Part shown: positions 32,733 to 33,008 of the stretch, one piece after another
How the letters are laid out: each line of letters starts with the position of its first letter
Numbering within the stretch: position 1 is the stretch's first letter
Source of the DNA: Pirellulales bacterium
GTDB lineage: Bacteria; Planctomycetota; Planctomycetia; Pirellulales; Thermoguttaceae
DNA: 33,008 bases
NCBI GenBank assembly: GCA_030642635.1
Contig: DAOWNK010000001.1
Coordinates: 1 to 33,008, forward strand
Reading direction: 5' to 3'
The notes under the pieces: generated by a model
The model's input: the letters and a program-made list of their open reading frames with translations, nothing else
Told to the model about the DNA's origin: nothing
Database searches by the model: none
Translations under genes and position numbers: made by a program

Positions 32733-32936
32733 TCATGAGCGACCTCCATGGGCGTATGTAACAGCTTGCACATCCTGTGGTGCGTTCATCAGTTCGCTCT
32801 CTGTCAGATCAGAAATCACAGGCAGGAACAAACCAATCTTGATATCGCGCATCAAAGCAAGCGACCATTGCTGCCACTCGTGATCGCAACAACCACCGAT
32901 TACGGAAGTGTCCAAATATACCTGTTGAGTAATCAC
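32733..32936 (-). pseudogene. PIN-like toxin, N-terminal half only
   Basis: 'VYLDTSVIGGCCDHEWQQWSLALMRDIKIGLFLPVISDLTESELMNAPQDV' resembles the first half of a PIN-like family (..DTSV.GG.FD.EF...S..lf.......isdl...El..AP..v). The ORF stops after 67 aa. A 26-codon ORF 'MKNFDVLKWVRQLRDRQ..' follows with an ATGA overlap. The region is visibly AT-richer. Confidence 0.4.
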
Positions 32937-33008
32937 ACTGTCTATATTTTATTCTATATGGGTTAATATTTCTGCACTTTCTGAGAAATGAACTTTGCTA
33001 CGTGGCCA

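Noticed and set aside
32701-32966. Plus-strand ORFs 32701-32883 and 32748-32966
   Set aside because: They lie antisense to the PIN-like fragment, have no recognisable motifs, and the region is AT-rich, where random ORFs are short and frequent.

Overview
High-GC (about 60%) chromosomal segment. The gene content (TIGR03009-like secreted protein, DUF58/BatA-N-terminal/vWA cluster, many short GC-rich intergenic palindromes) suggests a Planctomycetota-like bacterium, but this lineage call is inference only. Most of the window is housekeeping. In order it holds: a 5'-truncated sodium:solute symporter; an nfeD(long)-nfeD(short)-floA flotillin operon with a coupled unknown membrane protein; an inactive/active M16 peptidase pair; a 2Fe-2S/ASKHA (RACo-like) protein; a LysR regulator; eda; an MBL hydrolase; a DUF58-BatA-vWA cluster; recG, rnhA, priA, nadD and holA; and two orphan histidine kinases, one with a CxxCH heme-c sensor motif. 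I found no rRNA, tRNA or CRISPR array. I also found no convincing multi-gene novel system such as a defence island. The unusual content is non-coding or degenerate and falls into three groups. (1) A REP-associated tyrosine transposase (RAYT) is bracketed by exact inverted 31-nt REP hairpins, and a REPIN-like doublet of the same REP lies inside the bat-like cluster. (2) At least four further families of short palindromic intergenic repeats are present, several arranged as inverted pairs. (3) Heptad-periodic G-tract arrays that carry stop codons (G-quadruplex-capable, one telomere-like) sit exactly on the stop codons of three genes. In addition, five toxin-antitoxin loci are decayed or lack an intact toxin gene. 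All functional calls rest on motif recognition by eye; no database search was run.
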